Source: Candidatus Levyibacteriota bacterium
GTDB taxonomy: Bacteria; Patescibacteriota; Microgenomatia; Levybacterales; UBA12049
Direction of reading: 5' to 3'
Assembly: GCA_049519175.1 (NCBI GenBank)
Contig: JBEKQZ010000001.1
Coordinates: 335,679 to 399,678 of the forward strand
Length of the DNA: 64,000 nt
Position 1 is the stretch's first letter. Each line of letters opens with the position of its first letter. Shown piece by piece: positions 41,943 to 51,562 of the stretch. Under the pieces are notes generated by a model, which worked only from the letters and a program-made list of their open reading frames with translations, had not been told where the DNA came from and did not search any database. Made by a program: the position numbers and the translations under genes.

Positions 41943-42697
41943 TATATGGCAACCGAGAGCCGTTTGGCAATCGCCTCCCTGGCTTGGTTTTCTAGATTGT
42001 CGTCTAGTGTTTTCAGCGGAACTTTGGTCTGATATTTAATTTCGAGTGCTTGCTTAATTAAATAATCCGTCAGCAGGGGATTCTTGGGAAGTAGGGGACC
42101 GTGTAAATATGTTCCAATACTATTTTTATAAAGAATACCTTCGGTTTTATCTATACCGTTATTACCAAAACCCTTAACGACCTTTCCAAGCGGTTCGATT
42201 TTTTTACCTAGATAGGTTCTCCCTCCATGATTTTCAAATCCAATTAATCTGTAATTAAGTTTTTCAGAGTACGTGACGATATTGCCGATTAAGCGTTTAC
42301 CATCTTGCTCCGGACTTTCAGTGTAAAAATCGAAAATTCTCAGACCTTTTATTTTGTTGCCGTTAGCCTCTTTATAATAATTGCCCAACATTTGGTATGC
42401 GCCGCAAACATAAATGCCAGGAATGCCTTTTTCAATTGCAGTATTTAATACAGTGGCTTTTGCAAACAAATCTTTAGCCACTGCTTCTTGTTGTTTGTCT
42501 TGAGCGCCACCCATAAGGATTATGTCGCATTTTTCCAGTTCATTTTCCCTAAATCCAACCTCGAGTCTTAAGACTTTGGTTGCTATCTGTCTCCACTCGC
42601 AGCGTTTTTGTAAAACCGTCACGTTACCCCGATCACCGTAGATATTCATCAGTTCCGGATATAGCCACCCAATAGTTAAAGTAAAATTATTTTTCAT
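41942..42697 (-). CDS. gatD: CobB/CobQ-like glutamine amidotransferase, lipid II isoglutaminyl synthase glutaminase subunit (GatD of the MurT/GatD complex)
   Basis: ~250-aa class-I GATase-like domain (..DIILMGGAQD..VCGAYQMLG..HGPLL..), located immediately downstream of a MurT-like gene with a 4-nt overlap. Confidence 0.75.
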   Translation of the reverse strand: MKNNFTLTIGWLYPELMNIYGDRGNVTVLQKRCEWRQIATKVLRLEVGFRENELEKCDIILMGGAQDKQQEAVAKDLFAKATVLNTAIEKGIPGIYVCGAYQMLGNYYKEANGNKIKGLRIFDFYTESPEQDGKRLIGNIVTYSEKLNYRLIGFENHGGRTYLGKKIEPLGKVVKGFGNNGIDKTEGILYKNSIGTYLHGPLLPKNPLLTDYLIKQALEIKYQTKVPLKTLDDNLENQAREAIAKRLSVAI

Positions 42698-43974
42698 AAG
42701 ATTTTTTTACCGGTTAAAATTTTCCGTACTTCAAGCATCGCCGAATAAGTCGGCAAAATATAGAGTGTTTCATTTGGGTTCAGTTTTGCCGTTGCTATGT
42801 AAATTGCATCTTCAAGATTTTCAAATATTTCGTATTTTTGAGTTTCCAGGGAATATTTAATTCTTAAAGCCAAATCATAAACCCGGTCGCCCGCAAGATA
42901 TAAATTCATACTTTTTTTAATTAAAGTTTCAAAATCAATATCCCAAATCCAGGAAACGTCAGTGCCGTCGGGAATCCGGTCGTTTAGAATAATTAGTAAA
43001 TTATTAGCGTCTTTTTCAGCGATTGCCCGCAAGGATTCATTAAAACTGGTGGGGTTCTTAGAAAGGAAGAGCTGAATATTTTTGCCGGCAATTTTAAGCA
43101 GTTCCTGCCTCCCAAACGCGGGCTGAAATTTTTTCAGACCTTGATTGACTTGTTCTTTCGTGAGTCCAATTAATTTAGCTACTAAAGCAGCGGCTTGAAT
43201 ATCATAAATTGCATAAGTACCGCTCAGTGGTAAAAAGATATCGTTTTGTATTTCACGTTCCGGTCTTTTTAGTCCGCAGCTTAAACAGCTCCAATCGCCG
43301 AGATGCGAAAAATAATGAGTTGCAAAAGTTAATCTTTTTCCGCATTTCGGACAAAGAATTGAGTCGGCTGCGTGTTCTTCAACGTTATTTCCTTTAGAAT
43401 TTAATCCAAAATAATGCGTGTTTTTTAAACCATCACCTAAATATGCAATTTGCGGGTCATCGGCATTTAAAATAAACAGTGCTTTAGTTAGTTTTGTATA
43501 AGCTTCTTTCCATTTTTTAGCAATCGTATCGATTTCACCGTAGCGGTCAAGCTGATCACGGAAAAGATTCAAAGCAATAATATAATCTGGTTCAATAGTC
43601 TTAGTAATTTGTGGCAAAGTATTCTCATCAACTTCAAAAATAGCGAAATCTTCGCTTAAATTTCCTTGCAGATTACTACTTACAATAAGCGCTGAAGCAA
43701 TACCGTTTAAGAGATTTGCTCCAGAAGAGTTTAGCGTAACTCTCTTACTGTTAGTTTCTAAAATGGTTTGTAATAGTTTAGCTGTCGTTGTTTTACCGTT
43801 GGTTCCCGTTATTAAAATCACTTTTGTGTCTGAGTTATTTAATAATTGATTAATAAAATGCGGATTTAATTTTAAAGCGATGTGTCCCGGCCAAGTCGAA
43901 CCATGTCCGAGATTCAGAGCTTTACTGATGTTGGAAATTATTTTGCAAAAAAAAATAATGAGAGAATTTAACAT
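42694..43974 (-). CDS. murT: Mur-ligase-family protein MurT (lipid II isoglutaminyl synthase ligase subunit)
   Basis: Mur ligase P-loop ILITGTNGKTTTA. Internal Cys4 ribbon CPKCG...CLSCG is characteristic of MurT. A DUF1727-like C-terminus is present. Confidence 0.8.
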   Translation of the reverse strand: MLNSLIIFFCKIISNISKALNLGHGSTWPGHIALKLNPHFINQLLNNSDTKVILITGTNGKTTTAKLLQTILETNSKRVTLNSSGANLLNGIASALIVSSNLQGNLSEDFAIFEVDENTLPQITKTIEPDYIIALNLFRDQLDRYGEIDTIAKKWKEAYTKLTKALFILNADDPQIAYLGDGLKNTHYFGLNSKGNNVEEHAADSILCPKCGKRLTFATHYFSHLGDWSCLSCGLKRPEREIQNDIFLPLSGTYAIYDIQAAALVAKLIGLTKEQVNQGLKKFQPAFGRQELLKIAGKNIQLFLSKNPTSFNESLRAIAEKDANNLLIILNDRIPDGTDVSWIWDIDFETLIKKSMNLYLAGDRVYDLALRIKYSLETQKYEIFENLEDAIYIATAKLNPNETLYILPTYSAMLEVRKILTGKKIL

Positions 43975-44012
43975 AAATTTATCCTTCGATTTGACTCAAG
44001 ATGATGCTCGCA

Positions 44013-44915
44013 TCACATCGAGCGTAGGATTTTAATGCGTTCTGCAATCGGAGGGTGGGTATCAAAAAGCGAAGTAAACATTTGCTTGGTGTTTTTCCCT
44101 TTAAACGGGTTAACAATAAATAGATGCGCAGTGGCATTGCTGGCACTTTTTAAACTGTGCGGATCTTTAGAAATTTTTTCTAGAGCACTAGCTAAAGCTT
44201 CCGGATATCTGGTTAGTAAAACTCCCGAAGCGTCTGCTAACAGCTCCCGTTTTCGGGAAACCGCCAACTGAATTAAAGTTGCCACCACGGGCGAAAGAAT
44301 TGCCAGAACAATGCCAATAATCAAAAATATTATTTGGAGATTATTATTTCTATCTTCTCTGTCGCCGCCAATTCCGCCCCACCAAAGTTGCGTCATAAAA
44401 AGATTTGCCAGAATAGCAATAAAGCCAACCAGCACCGCCACAATTCCCATTAGCCGGATGTCGAAATTTCTGATATGCGAAAGTTCGTGGGCGATTACTC
44501 CTTCAAGTTCGCTTTTGTCCAAAAGCGGCAAAATTCCGCTGGTGACACAAACAATGGCGTGCTGTGGATCTCTTCCGGTTGCAAAAGCGTTTGGAGACGG
44601 GTCATCGATAATATAAATTTTGGGTATTGGTAAACCATCACCAATACAAAGATTTTCTACAGTGCGGAAGAGTTCTGGGTTATCGGATTTCTTAATTGGT
44701 TTAGCTCCCGATGTCGCTAATACAATTTTGTCCGAATAGTAATAACTACCGATGCTCATAATTCCCGCCAGAACCAAGGCGATGCCAACAAAACCCAAAC
44801 CATAACCTAAGGCGTTGCTAAAAACGTAAACGACGGTGGTGATTACCAACACAAACAAGACCATTATTAACCATGTTTTATTCTTATTGGCCGAAATAGC
44901 GGAATAAATGTTCAT
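44013..44915 (-). CDS. htpX: M48-family zinc metalloprotease HtpX
   Basis: HEXXH motif HELSHIRN. Four TM helices. Typical HtpX length of 300 aa. Confidence 0.85.
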   Translation of the reverse strand: MNIYSAISANKNKTWLIMVLFVLVITTVVYVFSNALGYGLGFVGIALVLAGIMSIGSYYYSDKIVLATSGAKPIKKSDNPELFRTVENLCIGDGLPIPKIYIIDDPSPNAFATGRDPQHAIVCVTSGILPLLDKSELEGVIAHELSHIRNFDIRLMGIVAVLVGFIAILANLFMTQLWWGGIGGDREDRNNNLQIIFLIIGIVLAILSPVVATLIQLAVSRKRELLADASGVLLTRYPEALASALEKISKDPHSLKSASNATAHLFIVNPFKGKNTKQMFTSLFDTHPPIAERIKILRSM

Positions 44916-44918
44916 AGT

Positions 44919-45470
44919 CTAGAAACTAACCTTGACGGGCTTTTTTTCTTCATCGGTCGTTCCAAAAAACTCTGCTTCCTGAAAATTTAAGATCTTGGCA
45001 AAAAGCATGTTCGGAAAAACTTTAAGCTTGGCATTGTAGTTTAAGACAATGCTGTTGTAGAACTGTCTGGCGTAAGCAATTTTATTTTCCGTATCGGAAA
45101 TCTCTTCCTGCAGTTCCATGAAATTCTGGCTGGCTTTCAAGTCAGGATAGGCTTCCGCGACAGCGAAAATTGATTTCAATGTTTGACTAAGTTTATTATT
45201 CGCTTCTGCTTTTTCCGCCGGACCTTTGGCCGAAACAAGACTGGCACGCGCCTCTGTTACTTTTTCAAACAGTTCCTTTTCATGTTTAGCATATCCTTTA
45301 ACTGTTGCAACCAAATTAGGAATTAAATCGGTTCTGCGTTTGAGCTGGACATCAATTTGCGACAAAGCTTCGGACACCCGCATTTTGGCCACGATAATAC
45401 TGTTATACAAATACCAGGTAAAAGCACCAATTATTAAAACGACTGCCAGTAAAATTAATGTGCTGTTCAT
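44919..45470 (-). CDS. lemA: LemA-family membrane protein
   Basis: N-terminal TM then ..VDVQLKRRTDLIPNLV..AEKA.A..FYN.. is the LemA signature. Confidence 0.85.
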   Translation of the reverse strand: MNSTLILLAVVLIIGAFTWYLYNSIIVAKMRVSEALSQIDVQLKRRTDLIPNLVATVKGYAKHEKELFEKVTEARASLVSAKGPAEKAEANNKLSQTLKSIFAVAEAYPDLKASQNFMELQEEISDTENKIAYARQFYNSIVLNYNAKLKVFPNMLFAKILNFQEAEFFGTTDEEKKPVKVSF

Positions 45471-45486
45471 TTACGACACCTCCTTT

Positions 45487-47256
45487 CTATTTTTGTAACC
45501 ATTCTAGAAATTCATTATACGATAATGTATTTAAGATGTCATTATTTGTCGCCCAACCGCGTCTAGCCATTGCGACCCCATATTTCATTAATCCCATTTG
45601 CCAAATGGCGTGGCTATCCGTGTCAATCACCATTTTTACACCGGCAGAAACTGCTAGTCTGATGATTGAATCAGGAAGATCGAGGCGCTCCGGCCAACTA
45701 TTAATTTCTAAAGCTTTATTATTCTGTTTACAAAATTCAAATATCTTTTCCCAATCAAGTTCATATCCGGACCTCTCGTTTAAGAGTCTGCCTGTCGGAT
45801 GGGCGAGAATTTTTGCTTTCGGGTGAGATAATCCGGCAATTATTCTTTTGGTCATTTCATCACGGTACAAATTAAAAACGCTATGGACAGCAACAATTGT
45901 TCCGTCTAAAATGTCTAGACATCTATTGTCAATTGCCAAATCTCCATTGGGTAAGATATCTGTTTCGAGTAATTTAAATATGCGAACATTTTTTATATCT
46001 GATTTTAGTTGTTCAATTTTTTCATCGCGTTTTTGTAAGATTTCGTATATTTTTTCAGGAGTGTGTTTTGCTTGACTTGGATTGTGTTCGGAAAAACCAA
46101 TATATTCATAGCCTAACTCGTTGGCTTTGGCTAAGATTTCGGAAAAATTATTTTTGCCCAGATCGTGACTTGGTTCAATTGGATAGTTTGAATGCAAGTG
46201 CAAGTCGCCTTTAATATTTTTTAGTTCAATCAATTTCGGTAGCCGGTTGTCTTGTGCCGCTTCAATTTCGCCCAAATCCTCACGGATTTCCGGCGGAATC
46301 CAAGGTAAACCGATTGCCTGATAAAATTTTTCCTCCGTGGCGAAAGCTTTAGTTGGTTGACCTTTCTCTTTTAGATATTTAATTCCGTATTCGGATAGCG
46401 AAAGTCCTTTTTTTAAAGCTAATTCCCTTAAATGAACGTTGTGGTTTTTGCTGCCGGTAAAATGTTGCAGAAGCGAGCCAAAGCGCTCCGGTGGCTGGAC
46501 TAAAAGGTCAATTTGTTTACCGCCGGAGGTTAAAATTGAAGAAGAAACATCACCCTTTTCGATTATTCTTTCCATGTAAGGATAAGCGGTGAAATGTTTA
46601 AGCACCGCTTTCGGATTACTAGAAGCTACGGCTAAATCAATATCGCCGATTGTCGCGACCTGTCTTCGTAAACTTCCTAACGGCTCAATCTTGACGACGT
46701 CGGAACAAGTCTGCATATGAGCGACGATTTTATCAGCAACTTCTTGAGCATATGGTAAAGTCATGCGGGTGGTTTTTCCGGCTCCTTGCCTAAATTCGGC
46801 GATGGCTCGTAGGATATCGGCTTGAGATTTTTCACCAAAGCCTTTGAGAGGCGCAATTTTGTTGTCTTTGGCTAGCTTCTCCAAGTCATCTAAAACAGTC
46901 GTCGGATTTTTTAACTTGAACTCAGCCGTTAATCGGTAGGCTTTTTTCGGACCAAAAGAGGGAACATCAAGTAGGACAAAAACAGAGAGGGGAATACCTT
47001 TGAGCGCCCATTCAAAATGCGAAACTTTGCCTTTTTCAAACAATTCTTGCAAACGCAACGTCAAAGTCTGTCCGATACCGGGAATATCTACCATTTTTCC
47101 TTCTTTATAGTAATCTTTGACTTCTTTAGTTAAGCTACTAATCGTTTCCGCGGCGTTTTGGTAAGCGACAATTTGAAAATGAAATTTTCGTTCATTTTTA
47201 ATTGTGTAAGCAGCTGCCACGTTTCTTAATAACTTGGCTAATTCTTGATTTGACAT
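45487..47256 (-). CDS. polX: Family X DNA polymerase with C-terminal PHP domain (PolX)
   Basis: N-terminal HhH-containing Pol-beta-like domain (..GIGQTLTLRLQE..) and C-terminal PHP His motifs (DLHLHSNY, FSEHN, HPTGR, DTDSH). 589 aa. Confidence 0.9.
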   Translation of the reverse strand: MSNQELAKLLRNVAAAYTIKNERKFHFQIVAYQNAAETISSLTKEVKDYYKEGKMVDIPGIGQTLTLRLQELFEKGKVSHFEWALKGIPLSVFVLLDVPSFGPKKAYRLTAEFKLKNPTTVLDDLEKLAKDNKIAPLKGFGEKSQADILRAIAEFRQGAGKTTRMTLPYAQEVADKIVAHMQTCSDVVKIEPLGSLRRQVATIGDIDLAVASSNPKAVLKHFTAYPYMERIIEKGDVSSSILTSGGKQIDLLVQPPERFGSLLQHFTGSKNHNVHLRELALKKGLSLSEYGIKYLKEKGQPTKAFATEEKFYQAIGLPWIPPEIREDLGEIEAAQDNRLPKLIELKNIKGDLHLHSNYPIEPSHDLGKNNFSEILAKANELGYEYIGFSEHNPSQAKHTPEKIYEILQKRDEKIEQLKSDIKNVRIFKLLETDILPNGDLAIDNRCLDILDGTIVAVHSVFNLYRDEMTKRIIAGLSHPKAKILAHPTGRLLNERSGYELDWEKIFEFCKQNNKALEINSWPERLDLPDSIIRLAVSAGVKMVIDTDSHAIWQMGLMKYGVAMARRGWATNNDILNTLSYNEFLEWLQK

Positions 47257-47320
47257 TATTATTATGAAGCATAACAGAGCATTGACTAGATTTCAATAAT
47301 TTGTTAGGATTGAACCGTTT

Positions 47321-47398
47321 GGGGTGGTAGCTCAGTTTGGTTAGAGCGCTTCCCTGTCACGGAAGAGGTCGCGGGTTCGAGTCCCGTTCACCCCGCCA
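47321..47398 (+). tRNA. tRNA-Asp (anticodon GTC), CCA encoded
   Basis: GGGGTGG acceptor, D-arm GCTCAGTTTGGTTAGAGC, anticodon stem CTTCC/GGAAG with loop CTGTCAC, T-arm GCGGGTTCGAGTCCCGT, then TCACCCC-G-CCA. Confidence 0.9.
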
Positions 47399-47441
47399 AA
47401 CAAGTTCTGCCCTCAAAATTTCTGCCTGGAAAGGAGTAAAA

Positions 47442-48023
47442 ATGCCAAAAGCGAAAAAAATAAAAACTGCCAAGAAAGAAGGGTTCTTAACGCAAATTAA
47501 ATGGGGAGAATCTTATACTAGTCTTTTTTTGGGAGCGGTGGTAGTAGTTGTTGCGTTAGTTTTAGTTTTTTCATTCATTAAGTCGAGGAACAATCTAAAC
47601 CGTCAACAAACCCAATCGTCCTCGACAGTTGCCAAAGAAGAGGTTAAGGTAATGCCGAAGACCTACACGGTCCAGTCGGGAGACTATCTTTGGTCAATTG
47701 CCGAAAAAATTTATGGATCAGGTTATAACTGGGTTGACTTAGCTAATGCGAATCATTTGCAAAATCCTGGAGTTATATATGCAGGAACAAAATTAGTTGT
47801 TCCGGATGTTGCGCCAAAAATGCTCACTGTTCAAGCTAAACCGGTTCAGGTCCAAAATCCGATTACCGGCGATACATACACGGTTGTTAAAGGCGATTAT
47901 CTTTGGGATATCGCAGTCAGAGCTTACGGAGACGGTTACCAATGGGTTGAAATAGCCAAAACCAATAACTTAACTAATCCTGATCTAATCTTTTCCGGAA
48001 ACGTTCTTCAACTGCCAAGATAG
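47442..48023 (+). CDS. LysM-domain protein with N-terminal transmembrane anchor (two LysM repeats)
   Basis: AAGGAG Shine-Dalgarno 8 nt before the ATG at 47442. Two repeats: YTVQSGDYLWSIAEKIYGSGYNWVDLANANHL and YTVVKGDYLWDIAVRAYGDGYQWVEIAKTNNL. The ORF track's upstream extension from 47337 overlaps the tRNA-Asp and is rejected. Confidence 0.85.
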   Translation: MPKAKKIKTAKKEGFLTQIKWGESYTSLFLGAVVVVVALVLVFSFIKSRNNLNRQQTQSSSTVAKEEVKVMPKTYTVQSGDYLWSIAEKIYGSGYNWVDLANANHLQNPGVIYAGTKLVVPDVAPKMLTVQAKPVQVQNPITGDTYTVVKGDYLWDIAVRAYGDGYQWVEIAKTNNLTNPDLIFSGNVLQLPR

Positions 48024-48065
48024 TTCTAGCTCAAATTGTTGTATAATTAACGCAAGAGTAATTTT

Positions 48066-48136
48066 GCGGGATTAGTACAATGGTAGTATGCTACCTTCCC
48101 AAGGTGGAGACGCGAGTTCGATTCTCGTATCCCGCT
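48066..48136 (+). tRNA. tRNA-Gly (anticodon CCC), no encoded CCA
   Basis: GCGGGAT acceptor, short D-arm GTAC-AATGGTA-GTAT, anticodon stem CTACC/GGTGG with loop TTCCCAA, T-arm GCGAG-TTCGATT-CTCGT, then ATCCCGC-T. Confidence 0.85.
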
Positions 48137-48180
48137 CTGAAGGTCTGTCGCGTTTAACGCGATCTGCCACTCAAAGATTT

Positions 48181-48552
48181 ATGTATCACGGAATTATTCT
48201 TGACGCTGAATTTAAAGATCCTTTGTTTCCTGAAGGATTTAAAGTCTTTGCAAAAAAGAAAAGTAGCACTAGCTCTTGGATTCTATATGGAATAGAAGTA
48301 AACGATAAGGATGTTAACGAAGTAATTTCTGATATTCAGGATAATATAAAAAGCAACGAACCATATTATGCACATTTATATAACGACGAAGAAGTAATAG
48401 TTATTTTTAAAAAGAGAGTTTTTCATGTCAAATCACATAATTCTACATGGATGCCAATAATAGAGTTTGGAAGAACATTAAATATTCCTGACGAGCAATT
48501 AGACTTTTGGCCAAACAGGTTTCAAGATGAAGTTCACTATTTCAAGAGTTAA
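48181..48552 (+). CDS. Hypothetical protein (123 aa)
   Basis: ORF 48088..48552 trimmed to the ATG at 48181 (MYHGIILD...) because the upstream part overlaps tRNA-Gly. No recognisable domain. Confidence 0.4.
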   Translation: MYHGIILDAEFKDPLFPEGFKVFAKKKSSTSSWILYGIEVNDKDVNEVISDIQDNIKSNEPYYAHLYNDEEVIVIFKKRVFHVKSHNSTWMPIIEFGRTLNIPDEQLDFWPNRFQDEVHYFKS

Positions 48553-48559
48553 GTTCTTA

Positions 48560-48588
48560 TTGACGGAATCGGAAAGGTTTGATAATAT
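48560..48588 (+). promoter_or_regulatory. Sigma70-like promoter TTGACG-N17-TAATAT ending 5 nt before the GTG start of pyrG (possible leaderless start)
   Basis: TTGACG at 48560-48565 and TAATAT at 48583-48588. GTG at 48594 is the only in-frame start upstream of the conserved pyrG N-terminus. Confidence 0.3.
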
Positions 48589-48593
48589 AAGTC

Positions 48594-50312
48594 GTGCCCG
48601 CAAGAAGTTCTAAATCGCAATCTACAAAATACATCTTTGTCTCCGGAGGAGTCATTTCCGGTATCGGTAAAGGCACCACCTCCGCTTCAATTGCGCTTTT
48701 GTTGAAAGCCGCCGGTTACAGAGTGGCCCCGCTAAAATTTGAAAATTATCTTAATCTAGATGCCGGAACCATTAATCCGATTGAACATGGCGATCCGTTT
48801 TTGTGTGATGACGGTACCGAAGCGGACATGGACATCGGCAGTTACGAAAAGTTTTTAAACGAAGACATGGGCAAAGATAATTTTGTCACCATGGGTAATA
48901 TTTACCAAACAGTCATTGACCGCGAAAGACGTTTTGAATATAACGGTGAAGATGTAGAAGCTATTCCTTACATTACGGACGAAATTATCAGCCGGATTGA
49001 AAATTTGGGACGCAAAAAAGACGCCGATATCGTAATGATAGAGTTAGGCGGAACCGCCGGCGAATATCAAAATGTTTTTTACTACGAAGCATCCCGCATG
49101 ATGACACTGAAAAAACCAAATGATGTTTTACATGTTCACGTTACTTATGTACCAACGCCCGGACATCTTGGTGAACCAAAAACCAAACCGGCGCAACTTT
49201 CAGTTAGAACTTTAAACTCAATGGGAATTCAGCCGGATTTCGTTGTTACCCGCGGCGAAAAATATCTGGACCAGCGAAGAAAAGATAGGTTGGCGCTTTT
49301 TTGCAATATGCATAAGGAAGACGTCATTTCCAACCCGGATTTACCGTCGGTTTACGAAATTCCGATGGTTTTACATCAGCAGGAATTGGAAACAAAAATT
49401 ATGACAAAACTTGGTCTGCCGATTAAAAAAGCTGTCCTTAAACCTTGGCAGGAATTTGTCGACAGCACCAAGAATACTAAAAATACGGTGGAAATTGCGA
49501 TTGTCGGTAAGTATTTTGGCACGGGTGAATATCAATTGCGTGATTCTTACGCGGCACTGTTTGATGCAATTGATCATGCCGCTTGGGCACAGGGAGTTCA
49601 CGTTATCACCAAATGGGTTGACGCCGAAAAAGTCGAATCAGCCATCGCTAAAGCTTTGGCCGACAAGAAAGAAGTCACAGATGGTGTTCGTGAAATAATT
49701 GGAGATGTAGCCGGCATTATTGTGCCAATCGGTTGGGGAGAGCGAGGCGCGGAAGGGATGATTGCCGCCGCTTCTTATGCCCGAGTCAACAAAATTCCTT
49801 ATTTAGGACTTTGTTATGGCATGCAGCTGGCAGTAATTGCTTTTGCCCGGGATGTACTTGGTTTTAAAGACGCCAACACTGAGGAAAACGACAAAAAAAC
49901 CAAACATCCGGTAATTCATTTTATCCCCAGTCAAAAAGAATTAGTTAAACATCGTGCTTATGGTGGAACAATGCGACTGGGTGGCTGGGATGCAAAAATA
50001 AAAGTTGGCACCAGGGCATTTGAAATTTATCAGAGACATCACGATTTTAAAAATGCCGAAAAGGGGATTACCAGTGAACGGCACAGACACAGATATGAAT
50101 TTAATGATGATTTTGCCAAAGATTTTGAAAAACACGGGATGATAATCTCTGCCCGCTCCGTCATCGAAAATTTGGCTGAGATTGTCGAGCTACCAAAAGC
50201 AATACATCCATTTTATTTAGGCACTCAAGGACATCCGGAATACAAAAGCCGACCGCTTCATCCCCATCCAATCTTTTTGGAGTTTATAAAAGCCTGTAAA
50301 AATAATTCTTGA
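48594..50312 (+). CDS. pyrG: CTP synthase
   Basis: KYIFVSGGVISGIGKG P-loop region. C-terminal class-I GATase with the GLCYGMQ catalytic Cys and a HPEY motif. Confidence 0.95.
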   Translation: MPARSSKSQSTKYIFVSGGVISGIGKGTTSASIALLLKAAGYRVAPLKFENYLNLDAGTINPIEHGDPFLCDDGTEADMDIGSYEKFLNEDMGKDNFVTMGNIYQTVIDRERRFEYNGEDVEAIPYITDEIISRIENLGRKKDADIVMIELGGTAGEYQNVFYYEASRMMTLKKPNDVLHVHVTYVPTPGHLGEPKTKPAQLSVRTLNSMGIQPDFVVTRGEKYLDQRRKDRLALFCNMHKEDVISNPDLPSVYEIPMVLHQQELETKIMTKLGLPIKKAVLKPWQEFVDSTKNTKNTVEIAIVGKYFGTGEYQLRDSYAALFDAIDHAAWAQGVHVITKWVDAEKVESAIAKALADKKEVTDGVREIIGDVAGIIVPIGWGERGAEGMIAAASYARVNKIPYLGLCYGMQLAVIAFARDVLGFKDANTEENDKKTKHPVIHFIPSQKELVKHRAYGGTMRLGGWDAKIKVGTRAFEIYQRHHDFKNAEKGITSERHRHRYEFNDDFAKDFEKHGMIISARSVIENLAEIVELPKAIHPFYLGTQGHPEYKSRPLHPHPIFLEFIKACKNNS

Positions 50313-50345
50313 GTAATTCCCAAAAGTAAGTTATAATAATTAGCT

Positions 50346-50630
50346 ATGATTTCAACTATTGATTTTGTTCCGGGAGACGTCGTTAAAGTTTATCAAAAAA
50401 TTCAGGAGGGTGAAAAATCCAGAACGCAGATTTTTGAAGGTGTTGTTTTAGCAATTAAAGGCCGCGGGGAAAATAAAATGTTCACTGTTAGGAAATTAGT
50501 TGGTGATGTCGCAGTCGAAAGAATTTTTCCCATTGGTTCCCCAAGTATCGAAAAAGTTGCTGTTAAAGCTCATTCCAAAAATACAGTCCGCAGAGCTAAA
50601 CTTTATTACTTAAGAGATCTACAAAAATAA
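50346..50630 (+). CDS. rplS: 50S ribosomal protein L19
   Basis: ..FxPGDxVxV..KIxEGxKxRxQxFEGVV..RKL..G.xVER.FP.xSP.I is the L19 fold/signature. 94 aa. Confidence 0.9.
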   Translation: MISTIDFVPGDVVKVYQKIQEGEKSRTQIFEGVVLAIKGRGENKMFTVRKLVGDVAVERIFPIGSPSIEKVAVKAHSKNTVRRAKLYYLRDLQK

Positions 50631-50633
50631 TCA

Positions 50634-50996
50634 ATGTTTATTCCCAGTCCGACTGCCAGACTTGGAGAAGAAATCGCTTCCAAATTCCTCGCTAAAAAGG
50701 GTTACCAAATTATTGACCGGAATTTCCGTAAAGGATACGGTGAGATTGATATCGTCGCAACTTATCAAAACATTTTAGTCTTCGTAGAAGTTAAAACCAG
50801 GACAACCGGTCTTTACGGTGGTGCCATCGAAGCGATTAGCTACTCAAAACTAAAAAAACTCACCAGAACTTGTGAATATTACAAAATGCTTCATCCCAAA
50901 CTTCCACAAGCTTTAAGAATTGATGCAATTTTAATCGATTTGGAAAACGGGGAACCCAAAAACATCGAGCATATTGAAAACATCAGCGGATTTTAA
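50634..50996 (+). CDS. yraN: YraN-family (UPF0102) endonuclease-like protein
   Basis: GEEIASKFLAKKGYQIIDRNFR...GEIDIVA...VFVEVKTR is the YraN/PD-(D/E)xK signature. Confidence 0.8.
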   Translation: MFIPSPTARLGEEIASKFLAKKGYQIIDRNFRKGYGEIDIVATYQNILVFVEVKTRTTGLYGGAIEAISYSKLKKLTRTCEYYKMLHPKLPQALRIDAILIDLENGEPKNIEHIENISGF

Positions 50997-51008
50997 TAGA
51001 ATTACTAT

Positions 51009-51530
51009 ATGGAATTTATCAATGTTCTTAAAAATAGGAGGTCAACGCGGAAGTTTTTGGATAAAAAAGTTTCAGGGCAACTAATAAAAGAAGTAATTGA
51101 ATTGGCAAATTCTTCCCCTTCCGCCGGAAATATTCAGGCAAGGTCAATAGTAGTAGTTAAAGACTCAAACATTATCAATGAAATTAAACAATCTGCAAAA
51201 GGATTAATGAATTTCGAAGGAGAAATTCCTCTTCTTTTAGTCATTTTGGCCAAACCGAAGGAATCCGGCGAAAGATATGGAGAGCGCGGAGAAACACTGT
51301 ACGCTTTACAAGATGCCACAATTTTGGCTTCCTACATTCAGCTAGTTGCGGTATCAAGGGGTTTAGCGACTTGTTGGGTTGGATATTTTGAAGAAAAGAA
51401 AGTTTCTCAAATTTTAAAACTGCCTAATAATGTAAGACCGGTTGCGATGATTCCGCTTGGCTATCCATTTGAGAAAGTTCCCGCAAAAGAACGAAAAAAA
51501 TTGAATGAAATTATCCTCAAGGAAGTATAA
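51009..51530 (+). CDS. Nitroreductase-family flavoprotein
   Basis: RRSTRKF...SPSAGNIQ FMN-binding nitroreductase N-terminal motif. Confidence 0.85.
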   Translation: MEFINVLKNRRSTRKFLDKKVSGQLIKEVIELANSSPSAGNIQARSIVVVKDSNIINEIKQSAKGLMNFEGEIPLLLVILAKPKESGERYGERGETLYALQDATILASYIQLVAVSRGLATCWVGYFEEKKVSQILKLPNNVRPVAMIPLGYPFEKVPAKERKKLNEIILKEV

Positions 51531-51562
51531 GGTATACATCGAAAAGATTTCTGGATTTTAAG

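Noticed and set aside
47337-47441. ORF-track start of the LysM protein at 47337, and similarly 48088 for the next ORF
   Set aside because: These segments overlap the tRNA-Asp and tRNA-Gly genes and translate to Arg/Gly-rich junk. Downstream ATGs with better context were chosen.
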